Notes: generated by a model from the sequence alone, not told the origin. Shown: positions 45,163 through 57,508, counted from the first letter of the whole stretch. The stretch is 61,790 bases of DNA, filler included, from Globobulimina sp. (GCA_003354225.1; 25 parts of 25 records of this genome joined end to end with filler, not necessarily neighbours in it); one strand, 5' to 3'. A program made the numbers and translations.

Positions 45163-46446
45163 TCAGTCGGAATAAAACGACAATACCATATCTTTTAAAT
45201 CACCAAAGGTTAATTTATTTCCCTCAATTTGTTCCCTAATAAATCCATATACCAACATCTTATCATTACTCATCATTTCATCAATTTTTATTCTTAGCTC
45301 CTTTGGTGACACATCATATAAATCAATTATATCATGAAAACAATTTCCATAATAATGCGCATATCTACCTTCTGTAGAAACATATGATTTTCCTTGAACT
45401 TCAAGAAAATAGTTTGGGACTTTTTTTCCCGAAATATACCATTTCTTATCAACAACATCCAAACAACGTATTTCAACCACTCCCTGATTTAAGTGATTTT
45501 CAACAAACAAATAAATAATAAATCCAAATCCTGCAACAATAGCACTGTGCTTAATATTTGTTCTCAATCTATCTGGCCACATAAACCCATTTTCCTTTTC
45601 CCAGCATGCTTCAGGTCCTTTGCTTAAATCTAACGAACATACACTCTGTGAATAAAGATCCAAAACAATAAATTTATTGATTGCTCCAATGTATACACAA
45701 TGAGCGGGATAAAAATCGTCTCCGTACTCACCTCCATAAGCTTGTAACATGCAAGCATTATTGGATAATTCTACAAATGCACATTGATCAAAATCAAAGA
45801 TTGCATGATGACCACCTTCAGCATTCACGTAAATACAATGTGCTGTTCCATTCACAAAATGCAACCGAGGATACCATATTCCTTCGACACGTGGTTTATT
45901 TGGTTGTAGAACATTCGTCATAACATTCCATTGCTTAGTCTTCAAATCTAATGTTATTATATCATGCGTCCGCATTTCACAATTTATCTCTTCCAATTGT
46001 TGATCATAAGAGTGCATTGTACTGAATATATACAACTTATCATGTTTAGTATCAATAAAAGTTCCTACACTTCCTGGCATTCCGAACATATAATTTTCCT
46101 TCATGTCTGCCAACGGCTTAGGCATTTTAGCAAATTCATTCATTTCGTTGTTTTGAACATCGTATGCGAACACACTATTTATTGTTATAAAGAGAAGATA
46201 ATTCTTCTTTGAATGCAAAGGTCTATAATATATTTTATCCCATTCTCCGATAGGATGATATTCTGCGAATATAAGTTTCGCACGTGGTTCTACCCACTTT
46301 TTCACCGCTTTACAATATTTTTTATGATGGCTCCAAGCCTCTGCTTGACACGTCTGGTTGCAATACCACACTCTGTTGCAAGCACTACATCGAAGAGTGG
46401 CGTTGGGTTTGTAGTTACATCTAAAATTTGCACAGCGTGAAGGCAT
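45163..46446 (-). CDS. MYND zinc finger plus kelch-like beta-propeller plus C-terminal LVYGFIRE module, complete
   Basis: CANFRC...RCSACNRVWYCNQTCQAEAWSHHKKYC is a MYND finger. Kelch-like blades end in LDLKTKQW, LDLSKGPEACW and LDVVDKKW. Confidence 0.85.
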   Translation of the reverse strand: MPSRCANFRCNYKPNATLRCSACNRVWYCNQTCQAEAWSHHKKYCKAVKKWVEPRAKLIFAEYHPIGEWDKIYYRPLHSKKNYLLFITINSVFAYDVQNNEMNEFAKMPKPLADMKENYMFGMPGSVGTFIDTKHDKLYIFSTMHSYDQQLEEINCEMRTHDIITLDLKTKQWNVMTNVLQPNKPRVEGIWYPRLHFVNGTAHCIYVNAEGGHHAIFDFDQCAFVELSNNACMLQAYGGEYGDDFYPAHCVYIGAINKFIVLDLYSQSVCSLDLSKGPEACWEKENGFMWPDRLRTNIKHSAIVAGFGFIIYLFVENHLNQGVVEIRCLDVVDKKWYISGKKVPNYFLEVQGKSYVSTEGRYAHYYGNCFHDIIDLYDVSPKELRIKIDEMMSNDKMLVYGFIREQIEGNKLTFGDLKDMVLSFYSD

Positions 46447-47044
46447 AATATTTGAAGTGAAAAATTATATATCTTTCAAATAATTTTACTTTAATATTTG
46501 TAAGTAACACGCTAGAAAACTGCTTTGCTAATCACCTGGCTCTAAAATAGTTTAGTGCAAGGATACGCAGCAACTTAATAGAAAATTAGAATTATAGGTC
46601 ATAATATAAATTAAATTAAAACCAACATGAATTTTTTAATTTAATTTCACATTTTTTTATGTATGGCGTACACATTTACATACAAAAAAAAGCAAAAAAA
46701 AACCCAATACATTTCAAAATTCAAATTGAAAATCGATTCCATAAAATGAACAATCGATTGCAATAACAACTGTTTCATAAATGCAAATTTCATAATCAGC
46801 ATCATTCAATAAATTATAAACTTGAATTTCATTGTTTTTATTGTAAATTTCATTCAATTGCTTCAAATCAGAATTATTATGACTTAATTCCTCATAAAAA
46901 ATATCATATTCTATAAATTTATTTTCATCTTCGTCTTCAACATTNNNNNNNNNNNNNNNNNNNNNNNNNNNNNNNNNNNNNNNNNNNNTTAATTAATTAA
47001 NNNNNNNNNNNNNNNNNNNNNNNNNNNNNNNNNNNNNNNNNNNN

Positions 47045-49014
47045 ACCGCAATAATCGTGACAATGTGTGTTGAAGATTCATGGAAATGGATGAATGAAAT
47101 TGGCATTAAAGCCGTACAGAATAATGAATATTTATTGAATGAAATAAATCTATTAAAGTCTATTCAGACTCGCCATAAATCAGAGCATTCTCAATGGGAA
47201 CAATTTTGCACTGAGTTAGAAAAATCAAACACAAATCTACAAAATGAAAATTCTGATTTACAAAATAACATCAAAAATATAAACCAATTTCATGATACAA
47301 TGTTTGATGAATATAAACATTTCAAACAGCTAAACGGGACATTACTAAATAAGTTAGAAAACTGTGAGAAACAATGTAATAAGACACACGATGAAATAAA
47401 GGAATTTCAACAACAAATTTCAAGTTTAAATGAAAATATTAATTACTTAAAGAGAGAAAAAGTTTCAATAACAAGACAACATAATATCACAATCAATGAT
47501 TTGCACAGTAAACATGAACAGGTTCTGTTGTAATATACATATACAAATTTACAAATATACACATGATATTATTGATATATCAGAACATAAATGAAATGGA
47601 AATAATAATTAACAATTTGTTGAGAGAAAAGAGGCAATATTTTGAATTCGAAACGCATTCAAAAGTAAACGAGCATGGAATCGAAAATAAAAAGTCCGCA
47701 TTGGATGCGTATGACTACGAAAAGGGAGAAACAGTCTCACCACAATTTATTGATATTGATGTTGAGAATGGAGAAGAATCAGAATTATCAGATGAAGATC
47801 GAGCAATGAGTGGTTTTTATGAATATAATAATAATGTGGATGATGAATCCGATGGAGAGCTGAGTGCTTTTTATGAATATAAGTATGAAATATGTAAATT
47901 ATTTGTAAAATATAAATTAATGAATGAGTCTGATACAGAAGTAATGGAAATGGTTGATTCTAAATTAAGTCTGCAATTAATAGAAAATGTTTGTAAAAAT
48001 GCAGATAAATATAAGAATGCCTATTTTTCAGCAAACAAAAAAATTCAAACATTAAGGCGATCAAAATCAAAATTAAAACATCGTTTGGATTCTTTAAAAA
48101 TACACAAACAAAAAAATAAACGGAATAAACCAAAATTAAAACATAAGGAACAACGCAGAGTACGTATAAAACGAAGGAATGCCGTTGCCATTGATCCGAG
48201 GCCATATCCAATGGATATTTTATCTGCGATATGTGAAGATTTATTATCTTTGATGAAATATTTACAAATTGTACAAAATAATAATCAGTATGAATATTGT
48301 TTAAATAAAGTAAGATCTTTGTCATTGTCATTAAAACATTCAGCAAAGCATACTGCTTCGCCATTGTTGCAAAATGCAGTCAATATATTGCATTTATTGA
48401 GAAATAAAATGTATAAACAGTCAAATCTTTACAGATTTAATAATAATAATTCCTTACATAATATTATCAATACAACAAAGAATAAAATTTATGATTTATA
48501 CACAAATAACACCATTGCAAATAAATCGGTGGCAATTTCAAGAAGAAAAACAAAAGCAACACATTTGAAGCCAGAATCATTAAATGATATCATTGACGAT
48601 AATCATATGCATAATCAATATGAGTGCGAGTACTATGATGATATTCCATTTGTTGCAAGTTTCGAAATGGATAAAACACCGAAAGCCGTGATATGTTACA
48701 ATGGCAAAAAGTATCGACGCAAGTTATCTGATTTTGGATGGTTATCAAAGATACTTTCTTCTGTGAATGGCGTTGGAAGTGTTCCAAAGTTGGAAGAATG
48801 GCCATGGTCATTGTCATTGTCACCGCATGTATCGGATAGAGGATATTTGAAAAAAAGGGAAACAGAGTTAAACACATTTTTGAAAGAGTGCCATCGCACC
48901 AAATGGATTCGACAATTGTACGGATATAACAAAGTATTCTTTGCAAAAACAGATAAAGAATGGAAAAAGTTAAGAAATAACTTTGACAAAAAGATGATTA
49001 CTGAATGTGCGTAA
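47045..49014 (+). CDS. Coiled-coil protein with a C-terminal PX-like domain; 2 exons, 5' partial
   Basis: Intron 47522-47583. YRRKLSDFGWLSKIL...VPKL...YLKKRETELNTFLKEC follows the PX pattern RRYSDF..L...P.LP...R...L..FL. Confidence 0.7.
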
Positions 49015-49310
49015 TCTGTAAACTGTGAATGCAACAATCGTAACGTATTTAACACTTCAAACTTCCAACCAGCATAAGCAACATTTCATTTCATTTCAAC
49101 GATTGGCAAGGTTTTTGGGTTAGCTAGAGTGATTTTCAACCTTTACATTTGAGACCGTTACATTTGATGTCTACTTATGTCACGAGGATTGCTTGTCAGC
49201 AGCGTGGATTAATAAATAGTTCTCACTCTATTGCCTCTACTGTCTCTCCATATGGTTTATAATTCATTTGAAAAATAAACCTCCACATAGAAAATCGATA
49301 ATGGATAAAT

Positions 49311-49375
49311 GTCGCTTAGCTCAAGCAGAGCACTGCATTAATCCAGAAGATTCATGTTCAAATCCTGAGGCGACA
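49311..49375 (+). pseudogene. Degenerate tRNA (pseudogene or tRNA-derived SINE head); anticodon not assignable
   Basis: GTCGCT/GGCGAC acceptor-like stem, D-arm TAGCTCAAGCAGAGC and T-loop GTTCAAATCC. It is only 65 nt, with a 4-nt anticodon loop. Confidence 0.65.
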
Positions 49376-49519
49376 GCGATATCGATGGGATGCAATGCCG
49401 TCATGTATTAAGGCGGTGANNNNNNNNNNNNNNNNNNNNNNNNNNNNNNNNNNNNNNNNNNNNTTAATTAATTAANNNNNNNNNNNNNNNNNNNNNNNNN
49501 NNNNNNNNNNNNNNNNNNN

Positions 49520-50699
49520 TTTGGTACGTTATTTGGCTTTTTATGGAAGTCAAAAGTGCCGGATTTATCTGCCTTATCTTCCAGACAGCGCTCTATGAGT
49601 CGCTTCTTAATGATTTATAGGTCCATCAATGTAAATATTCGAAAGATTATTGCCTGGCTCACAATTTTATTAATATTGCTCTTATGTTTGATTGGTGAAT
49701 ATTTTGTGGATGAAACTCATTTCATTCGACATATAAAAGGTGGCCGATATACTTACTGTTTGGTGGTTATATTTACGGGTTTGTTCATCTTCAAATGTAT
49801 CCAAGTGATCACTGATTGGGAGTTTAAAGCATATATCAAAAAGAAAAAGAAAAAGAAAAAAAGAAACGAAGCAGGCACAGATATTATATCCTCGCCAGAG
49901 ACGGCCACCGATGATAAGTCGAAATGGGATGAAATGCTGTCTGGAGTTCAAGAGACCGAACCGGAGCTCATTATTTCTAAGAAACGCACTGCTTTATTTC
50001 ATAGAGATGTATGCAAATATATTTTATTTTATATCTAAGTATTTTATATGTGATATATGTGATTATTAGTTAACGACATTTATGCTGAATACTACCATTG
50101 GCGTTTTGTTGCCTGCCCTGAAAATGATGCCAGCGCCGTGGAGCCGGAGCATTGATGCGGAAGATATGGAGCAATATACTTCGGTGTTAATGGCATGCAT
50201 TGGCGAAGCAACTATGTTTATATGGAGTGCCTGCATCACCTCACAAACAATGGCATTAAGCATTGAATTGTCGATGAAATGGATCTATAATAAACTGGAA
50301 AAGGAATATATTCCAGATATTAACCTGAAATCAGCGGATGCTAAAAATAGAAAGGATAAGTTAATATTATTCTTATTCACAAAGATTGGCGCAAAACATG
50401 TGCACGGTTTGTATGTGACGCATGAAAACTGGTTCATTTTACTTGTGCTATTTCTATGGCAATGTCAATGGGGATGGCTCAATCCGAATATGTTTGTAAT
50501 GGGCGCGGGCACCATGCTGTACATTACCATTGTTTATAAGATAAGGTTTACAGTGTTAAAGCCGCGGATTGAAAAACAATTTATTGCACATTTAGTGAGA
50601 GAGGAATGCTTCTTATATATGATTTACTTATTTATTCCACTGCAATTTATTATATTGTTGCCATTTCACGCGATTTCCAGCCAGAAAAATGCAAAATGA
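49520..50699 (+). CDS. Uncharacterised multi-pass membrane protein; 2 exons, 5' partial
   Basis: Intron 50009-50069 joins the ORFs in frame. Several TM helices and a poly-Lys loop. Confidence 0.7.
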
Positions 50700-51067
50700 A
50701 ATGTGATAATATTTGGATTGCCGAGTGTTACTTTCTTGATTACTGTTTTAAATGGCATGATTTACAGAGTGTGCCTCAGGAAAAATAGGACGCCGTATCT
50801 CGTGGCTATCACTGAACAATGGAATAATATTGAAAACAAGTTACATGACACTCGTGGAATTAAGTCTGTTGCAAAATGAATTTTTGCATTTGTATTACAG
50901 CTGTACTTTTAAATTAAAGTTTTCGACTCAGTTGATATATTTACCGAACATGGCAGATGATGTGAAGCCACTAAAACCCGGCAAATGTAGTGAAACAGGT
51001 AAGTAATTATAGTGGTTACCTCTGGTGACATGTGTTTGCAATCAATACTTAAGATTCTGCTCCGGCA

Positions 51068-51815
51068 ATGGCATGTAATCCAACAGACTTTGTTCATGAT
51101 AATGATTGTTATAATGAACCGGATCTAGTCAATATATTAACATCCAATGCATTATATGATTATTTATATGACACATTGCACAAAAATGAGATTGGTTATG
51201 ATGAACTGCAATTGTTAGAAAAACATGAAATTGATGAAATCTGCAAAGAAATGAATTTTTCTACAATACAAACATTAAAATTTCGAAAATTGGTCAAAAT
51301 CATTCAAAATAAAAACATCAACACTAATAATGAAGCAATTGTTGACGACGAAGAATTAAAAGAATTTCTCGACAAAAACCAATTAGCAATAACATGGTAT
51401 GACATATTATTAAAACAAGGCATTGGCTTCAAACAAATAGCATCAATCACACCGTATGATATTGATAAGTTATCGGAAAATAATAATATTAATATCGGAG
51501 CAAAAATAAATCTCAAAAATGCGGTCCACGCGCTTCAGTTTGAAACGTTGCAAGCAGCAAATAAAGACATTGACGAATCAAATGGCAGAATGATAACAGC
51601 TGGCAATGTATCAGTAGAAGAGAACAAATATTTTGATGTCGATTTAGATGCTGCGGATTATAAATTAAAAGTAATATTAATCGGCGACAGCGCAGTGGGC
51701 AAAACCTCTCTCATTGACAGATATATCAACGATCGATTTAGAAATGACTTGGTGAGTACGGTTGGTTATTGCCACCTGACTAAAAGAGAAACATTGAGCG
51801 ACGGAACCGTGGCGG
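51068..51815 (+). CDS. Tandem SAM-like domains fused to a Rab-like small GTPase; 3' end lost at a chimeric junction
   Basis: Two ~62-aa repeats (L..FL....L...Y..L....I....L...IDE/K...). Then YKLKVILIGDSAVGKTSLIDRY...STVG. GC-rich unrelated sequence starts where WDTAGQ is expected. Confidence 0.8.
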
Positions 51816-51994
51816 AGGCGATCGGACGCGTCCACAAAGGGACAGCGACGACGTTCAAGACAAAGGCACCCGAGGCGCCAGACCCACCGCCATCNNNNNN
51901 NNNNNNNNNNNNNNNNNNNNNNNNNNNNNNNNNNNNNNTTAATTAATTAANNNNNNNNNNNNNNNNNNNNNNNNNNNNNNNNNNNNNNNNNNNN

Positions 51995-53509
51995 TAAACA
52001 GGAAAACTATTTTTCGTAATCGGATGAGTTGCCATTTTATCAGCTTGCCAAAGGGAACCACATTTAACCCAACAATCCGTGCTTTGCACAGTTTGAATGA
52101 TAGCAGCAACATTGCTGTCAAACTCAGATTTGCCATACGGCCATATTTTAGTATACACCGCATCCTCGGGATAGTATTCTTGTATTAACTCAGCTTGCGT
52201 TTCAAATAATTTTTTATAATAATGTTCATTCAATTCATCCAAACTTTGTGGAGATTTTCCGAGATTAAACGGTTTCTCAGTAAAGCTTTCCCGGAATAAT
52301 GTGCCAATCATTGCTGATTCGCCATTGGCATAACCCGCGTCAAGTAACTCCATGGTGCTCACAGGAAACACATAGCCATCGACCGAAGGTAATATAGTCT
52401 TTGCTGAAGCCGCCCAAGTATCGGTTAAAACTTGTAAGTCCATATCGCGCATTTCATCAAATAAAGTTACATTATTTGCTTGCTTAAAGTAGTACAAATG
52501 TACAATAATCACTTAATTGTGCATATATATAGAGATTATCATATTACATACCTTAACCAATTGCGTCGTTTCCCAAGCTTCTTCTTTCGAAAATATCTTC
52601 CCTAAGCTATCGACACATGTGCCAGACATTTGAATGCTTCTTTTGAATAAGTTCTTAGCCAACGGAGAGAGTATTAATCCACAGACCGCCCAGCCACCGC
52701 CACTTTTATCCACAGTACATCCAAAAATAATCATTATAATCATAGACATTCATAGCTAATAAAACATATAGAATATGATTATAATGATTATAAATAGTAT
52801 ACCTTTCGCCTGCAATGGTAATATCATTAGGGTCACCGCCATACGATTCGATATTGTCCTTGGTCCATTTTAATGCTTCAATCATGTCTAAGAATGCATT
52901 AGCTCCGCCATTACCGGTTGGAGAATTATATAATTGTGGATCAATGAGAAACGCCCCAATACCTAAACGATAATTGATAGAAACGATAACAATATCTTGG
53001 TTTTTTGATAACGAACTCAAAACATAACCGTATCCGGTCCCCATTGTTAATCCTGTCAGTGTTCATTGGATTGTTTGTAAACAGAAATGTCTAGAAATTA
53101 CTATTATTATTGCCATACCTCCGCCATGTATGAAAAATAATACTTTACGTAAAGTTTGTGTGTCAGGTGTGGCAAATTGAAATGGCGTTTGAATGCCTAA
53201 AGTTAAACAATCTTCAGACAATATACCATTACTACCATTGGTCATCATTGCCGAAGCCATTGAGGGTTGTACACATGCGTTGCCTGCTTCTGTTCCGTTG
53301 AATACACCGCTGAAGCTATTGTTCTCCAATGGTTTTGGTGGCTGCCATCTTAATTCACCGACTGGTGGTGTGGTATATGGTATATTTCTAAAGACGTGGG
53401 ATCCAAATTCGTCTTCGATTCCTTCGATTTGACCCAATTTTGTGTCAATTATAATAGCATTTATTGCTAAGAATCGAAACAAGCAGAAAAAAGCAAAAAA
53501 CAGTGCCAT
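51995..53509 (-). CDS. Secreted type-B carboxylesterase; 4 exons, 3' partial
   Basis: Signal peptide and motifs IPYTTPPVGELRW, SEDCL, FIHGGG, INYRLG and the catalytic GE|SGGG. Introns 53053-53118, 52703-52802 and 52483-52551. Confidence 0.93.
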
Positions 53510-53659
53510 TATGTGCAACAAATGTTATCTTGAACAGAACATAAAAATCATCCAAAAAACATTTTACTTTAGCAATCTGAATTGACGATAGAATCACCGC
53601 GTTCTTGTTGTTATTGAATAAAAATTAAAATAGCAACAAAAAAAGAAGATTGAATCAAA

Positions 53660-54368
53660 ATGTCAAAAGGAGATAAAGCAGCTATGAGGAAGGTTAAAAA
53701 AGGCGAAAATGTGAAAATATATGGTCGGGTTCGAAATTTAATGCCTTGGGAGCCGCGTAAAACATCATTACAAGTGTGTGTAGGTAACAAATTACGCAAC
53801 CAGACAGCGAAAACCTTAAATGAGTATAAATTCAATCGCGTATTCGGTATCGATGTGAACAACGAAGAGATTTATCAAGTAATGGTGCAACCGATGATCG
53901 ACAATGTGCTCAAAGGCTTCAACGCGGTGTTAATAGCATATGGTCAGACGGGCAGTGGAAAGACGTTCACAATGTTAGGAAAACCGAATTTGGGCGTTAT
54001 TGGTTTATTACCTATGACCTTAAAAGAGTTTGTCGACACTAAAACCTGCCATAAATTAGAATTATCCGCAGTGGAGGCCTTTGGCCATCACGTGGCCAAA
54101 ATCGAGTTATACGATTTATATTTCCCTCACAACCAAACTCCAGTATGGCGCAATAAGAAAGGCAACACCGGGCAGGAAATGCACAAAGCGATTCGTAAGG
54201 AAGTGGGCAACATCGACCAAGCGTACACTCTCATCCGTTATGCGCACGCCGCCTCACACTTTGCGCCCACTGGCAAAAACCCAGAGTCTTCGCGGGGCCA
54301 CGTCACCTTTGTTGCGAAAGTGTATCAAGACGCCCCCGACGGCAGTAACAATGACTTGATTTCCTTCT
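53660..54368 (+). CDS. Divergent N-terminal kinesin motor domain, 3' partial
   Basis: VKIYGRVR, YKFNRVF, GFNAVLIAYGQTGSGKTFTMLG and switch I NPESSRGH. Confidence 0.93.
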
Positions 54369-54468
54369 NNNNNNNNNNNNNNNNNNNNNNNNNNNNNNNN
54401 NNNNNNNNNNNNTTAATTAATTAANNNNNNNNNNNNNNNNNNNNNNNNNNNNNNNNNNNNNNNNNNNN

Positions 54469-55512
54469 CTGTCTGACTCTGATCTATCGGCGTTGCCATG
54501 GACCATTAAATATCGATCAATATTTGCTAACTTAAAATTTATGGTGTTTGTAATGATATTTTTTTGGATTGCATCGACTTTAATTTTATGGTTTTTTATT
54601 GGAGCTAATATCAATTATTCTGGTTTTTATATATTTGAAATGGTAATATCTTCCATCATTTTTTTATTTACATTTGTTTTAACTATATTTGTATTGCAAT
54701 TTAATGGTAATATAAATAACATACATTTTCAAAAAGAATTAATTGCAATGACGAGTTTAATTGTATTTGGTATAATATGTTATACTGTGATTAATATATT
54801 TTCATCATCTTCATATTCAAACTCTTTTCAACGTATATTTTGTACATTTTTATTAATTGAAATTGTACAAATTTCAATTGTATTTCGTATGATTTGTGCA
54901 GAAATATCATGCATTGATAATATTGTGGATGAATTTCGTGACACTTCAGGATTCAATACATTTGGTGGTTCATTCTTTGGTGATACAATTAATTTGAATC
55001 AAATATTAAACGATGAAAATGGATTTAAAGCATTTGCACAATATCTGATATCCGAATTAAATGTATCTCATTTATTGTTTTTATGCGATTTTGTGAATCT
55101 GCAGAATTATATGATACGTAATGAATGGATTAAAGATGAGTTTATTGTAAATTTTGATATTAGTTTAAAGGATGATGTTGACGATGATTGTCATAATACG
55201 GTCGGGCAATGTATCAATGACATTAATTATATCTATCATTTGTATTTAAAACACAATTCTATGGCAAATGTTTACATTTTAATGAATCAAGAACGAAATA
55301 TTAAATTATTAATTGACGAATTTACAAATAATAAAGATTTAAATAATAAAAATGAATTACAAGTATTAAAAGCAATATATGTGGAATATGAAAACATTGC
55401 ACACAAAATATATACATCTTTATGTGAACAGAGTATAAATCGGTTTATGCTTTCAAATCAATATAAAAATTGGAAAACTGCATCATATAAAACATTTTCT
55501 CAATTACCATAA
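54469..55512 (+). CDS. Transmembrane-RGS protein (7TM-RGS-like), 5' partial
   Basis: Four visible TM helices, then LNQILNDENGFKAFAQYLISE...LLFL...IYHLYL...SINRFMLSNQY, an RGS pattern. Confidence 0.8.
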   Translation: MSDSDLSALPWTIKYRSIFANLKFMVFVMIFFWIASTLILWFFIGANINYSGFYIFEMVISSIIFLFTFVLTIFVLQFNGNINNIHFQKELIAMTSLIVFGIICYTVINIFSSSSYSNSFQRIFCTFLLIEIVQISIVFRMICAEISCIDNIVDEFRDTSGFNTFGGSFFGDTINLNQILNDENGFKAFAQYLISELNVSHLLFLCDFVNLQNYMIRNEWIKDEFIVNFDISLKDDVDDDCHNTVGQCINDINYIYHLYLKHNSMANVYILMNQERNIKLLIDEFTNNKDLNNKNELQVLKAIYVEYENIAHKIYTSLCEQSINRFMLSNQYKNWKTASYKTFSQLP

Positions 55513-55768
55513 GTTTTTATCCTCGCACAATCACACATTTGTAATCTTTTTTTTTTTAATATTATTAATTATTACGTATTGATCACTGTAACATTATCAT
55601 TATGCATATTATAAAAACCTGCTTTGATAAAATTCAGCAAATGTCTTAAAAAAACAGCAATAGCGGTGATTAGCCTCTGGTTTGCATCTTGTATACATGT
55701 TTTTGAAAAATAGAGTTGAAAAAGTAGTCCTTACAAAAAAAACGGTTTTCTACAAAAATAATTAAGCC

Positions 55769-56842
55769 ATGTCACAGGGTTATTGGTCACCTGTCAATAA
55801 TATATTTGAATATAGGTTAATCATACACAAATTATCAGCACCAAAACATTTTCTTGATGAATTACAGAATTGCCAATATTCGTTTGTATGGAAATCATCA
55901 AATGACTCATACTCAACATCAACGAATCAATACACGTTTAATGACAAAACTGGCACAATACATTTCAACAAAACAAAGCTGAAATTACGTTTAAATCAAT
56001 GGTGTTCCAATGAAGAAAATGAGGAAGTCGGAGAAGAAGAATATACTAAAACCAAACTCATTTTATATGAAAAATGTGAAAAACAAATAGATGATAACGA
56101 CTATAATGCTAATAACGAATGTATGACGCAGTTGGATGAAATTACATTATCGACAAACTATTTCCTTGTAAATAAGCGTCAATTAACAAATATTACATTT
56201 AATAAAATCATTGGCAATGATATTCGTATTGAATTGCGATTAAATGTAACTTTAATAGCTAAACAAAACAAACACGAGGAAGAAGAGGAAGTGCTATTAA
56301 AATGGTTGAATAATATGAGTACAGGATATAGCGCCGGATATAGCGGATATAGTTCGAGTGTGAGCTGCAGCGATAATATCAATAAGAATAATAAACGGCG
56401 TCGAAGCGGTCTATGTGCCAATTCTGTGCAAAAATTTTATAAAAAATCAAAAGAGATTGAAGAGAAAAAAAAAGAGGAAAATAAATTAATTGATCAACAA
56501 ATAAAAAATGATTATAACGAAATGGGGAATAAGTTAATGATAAATATGGAAGAATCAAAACAGTTAAAATCACAAATTGCAGTGCTACAAAATTTGTTAT
56601 TTGAAAGAAATACAGAATTTGATGAATTAAAACAGAGAAATCATGAAAATAATAAAAAAATTAAAGATTTACAATATGAAAATAATAAATTAAAGTCATT
56701 TGAATGTGATTATATGGAGAAACTTAATGAAAATAAGATATTAATCCAAACAATGAAATATCAGCTCCATAGTCGGTATTCCAAATATAATGAATTGTTA
56801 AATATTATGAAATTAAAAAAGAAAAAACAATTAAAAAACTAT
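55769..56842 (+). CDS. NT-C2-like (EEIG1/EHBP1-type) domain plus coiled coil, 3' partial
   Basis: The beta-strand pattern FEYRLIIHKL...YSFVWK...GTIHFN...KLILYE...LDEITL...LRLNVT is followed by long heptad repeats. Confidence 0.55.
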
Positions 56843-56943
56843 NNNNNNNNNNNNNNNNNNNNNNNNNNNNNNNNNNNNNNNNNNNNTTAATTAATTAANN
56901 NNNNNNNNNNNNNNNNNNNNNNNNNNNNNNNNNNNNNNNNNNC

Positions 56944-57249
56944 AACAATATTCCAACGCATTTCTTATTTTTCTCATTATTATTATTGCATTTATTTTCA
57001 TTTTTATTCATTTATTTTTATCAATATTCCGTCAACAAACAGTTTGGGAAAATTACATCCATCATATTTGCAGTTATTATTCTTTGTTCATATATTTTAA
57101 AAAAAGTGCTCATGAAAGAAAGTGATAACAATGAAGAAGCAGCATATATATTATTGGAACAAGATGAAAAACAGGAAAACAATGATAACGATGATCAACA
57201 AAAAGAAATTCCAACTGAAACGGACATCATATCGGATAAAATTGAATAA
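56944..57249 (+). CDS. C-terminal part of a membrane protein
   Basis: Two hydrophobic helices and an acidic tail with an E-x-x-x-I-L-L dileucine-like motif. Confidence 0.55.
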   Translation, partial: NNIPTHFLFFSLLLLHLFSFLFIYFYQYSVNKQFGKITSIIFAVIILCSYILKKVLMKESDNNEEAAYILLEQDEKQENNDNDDQQKEIPTETDIISDKIE

Positions 57250-57508
57250 AAAACAAATAAACCTTCATCACTATTTGTGTTTTATTTTTGTAATATAAAT
57301 AATATTCAGTACTATCCATTCACTGTGAATTGAAATATTCCTAAATACAAAACGAAGTCGCACACATAACACAAAACACAAAACTAATTCATAAAACATC
57401 ATAAAATAAAACAGCTAGATTACAAAAACACAATTAATTGCCGGCTATCATCAATCTTGCACTAAAAGATTAAATAATGTGAATTAAAACACTCACTAAT
57501 TAACAATA

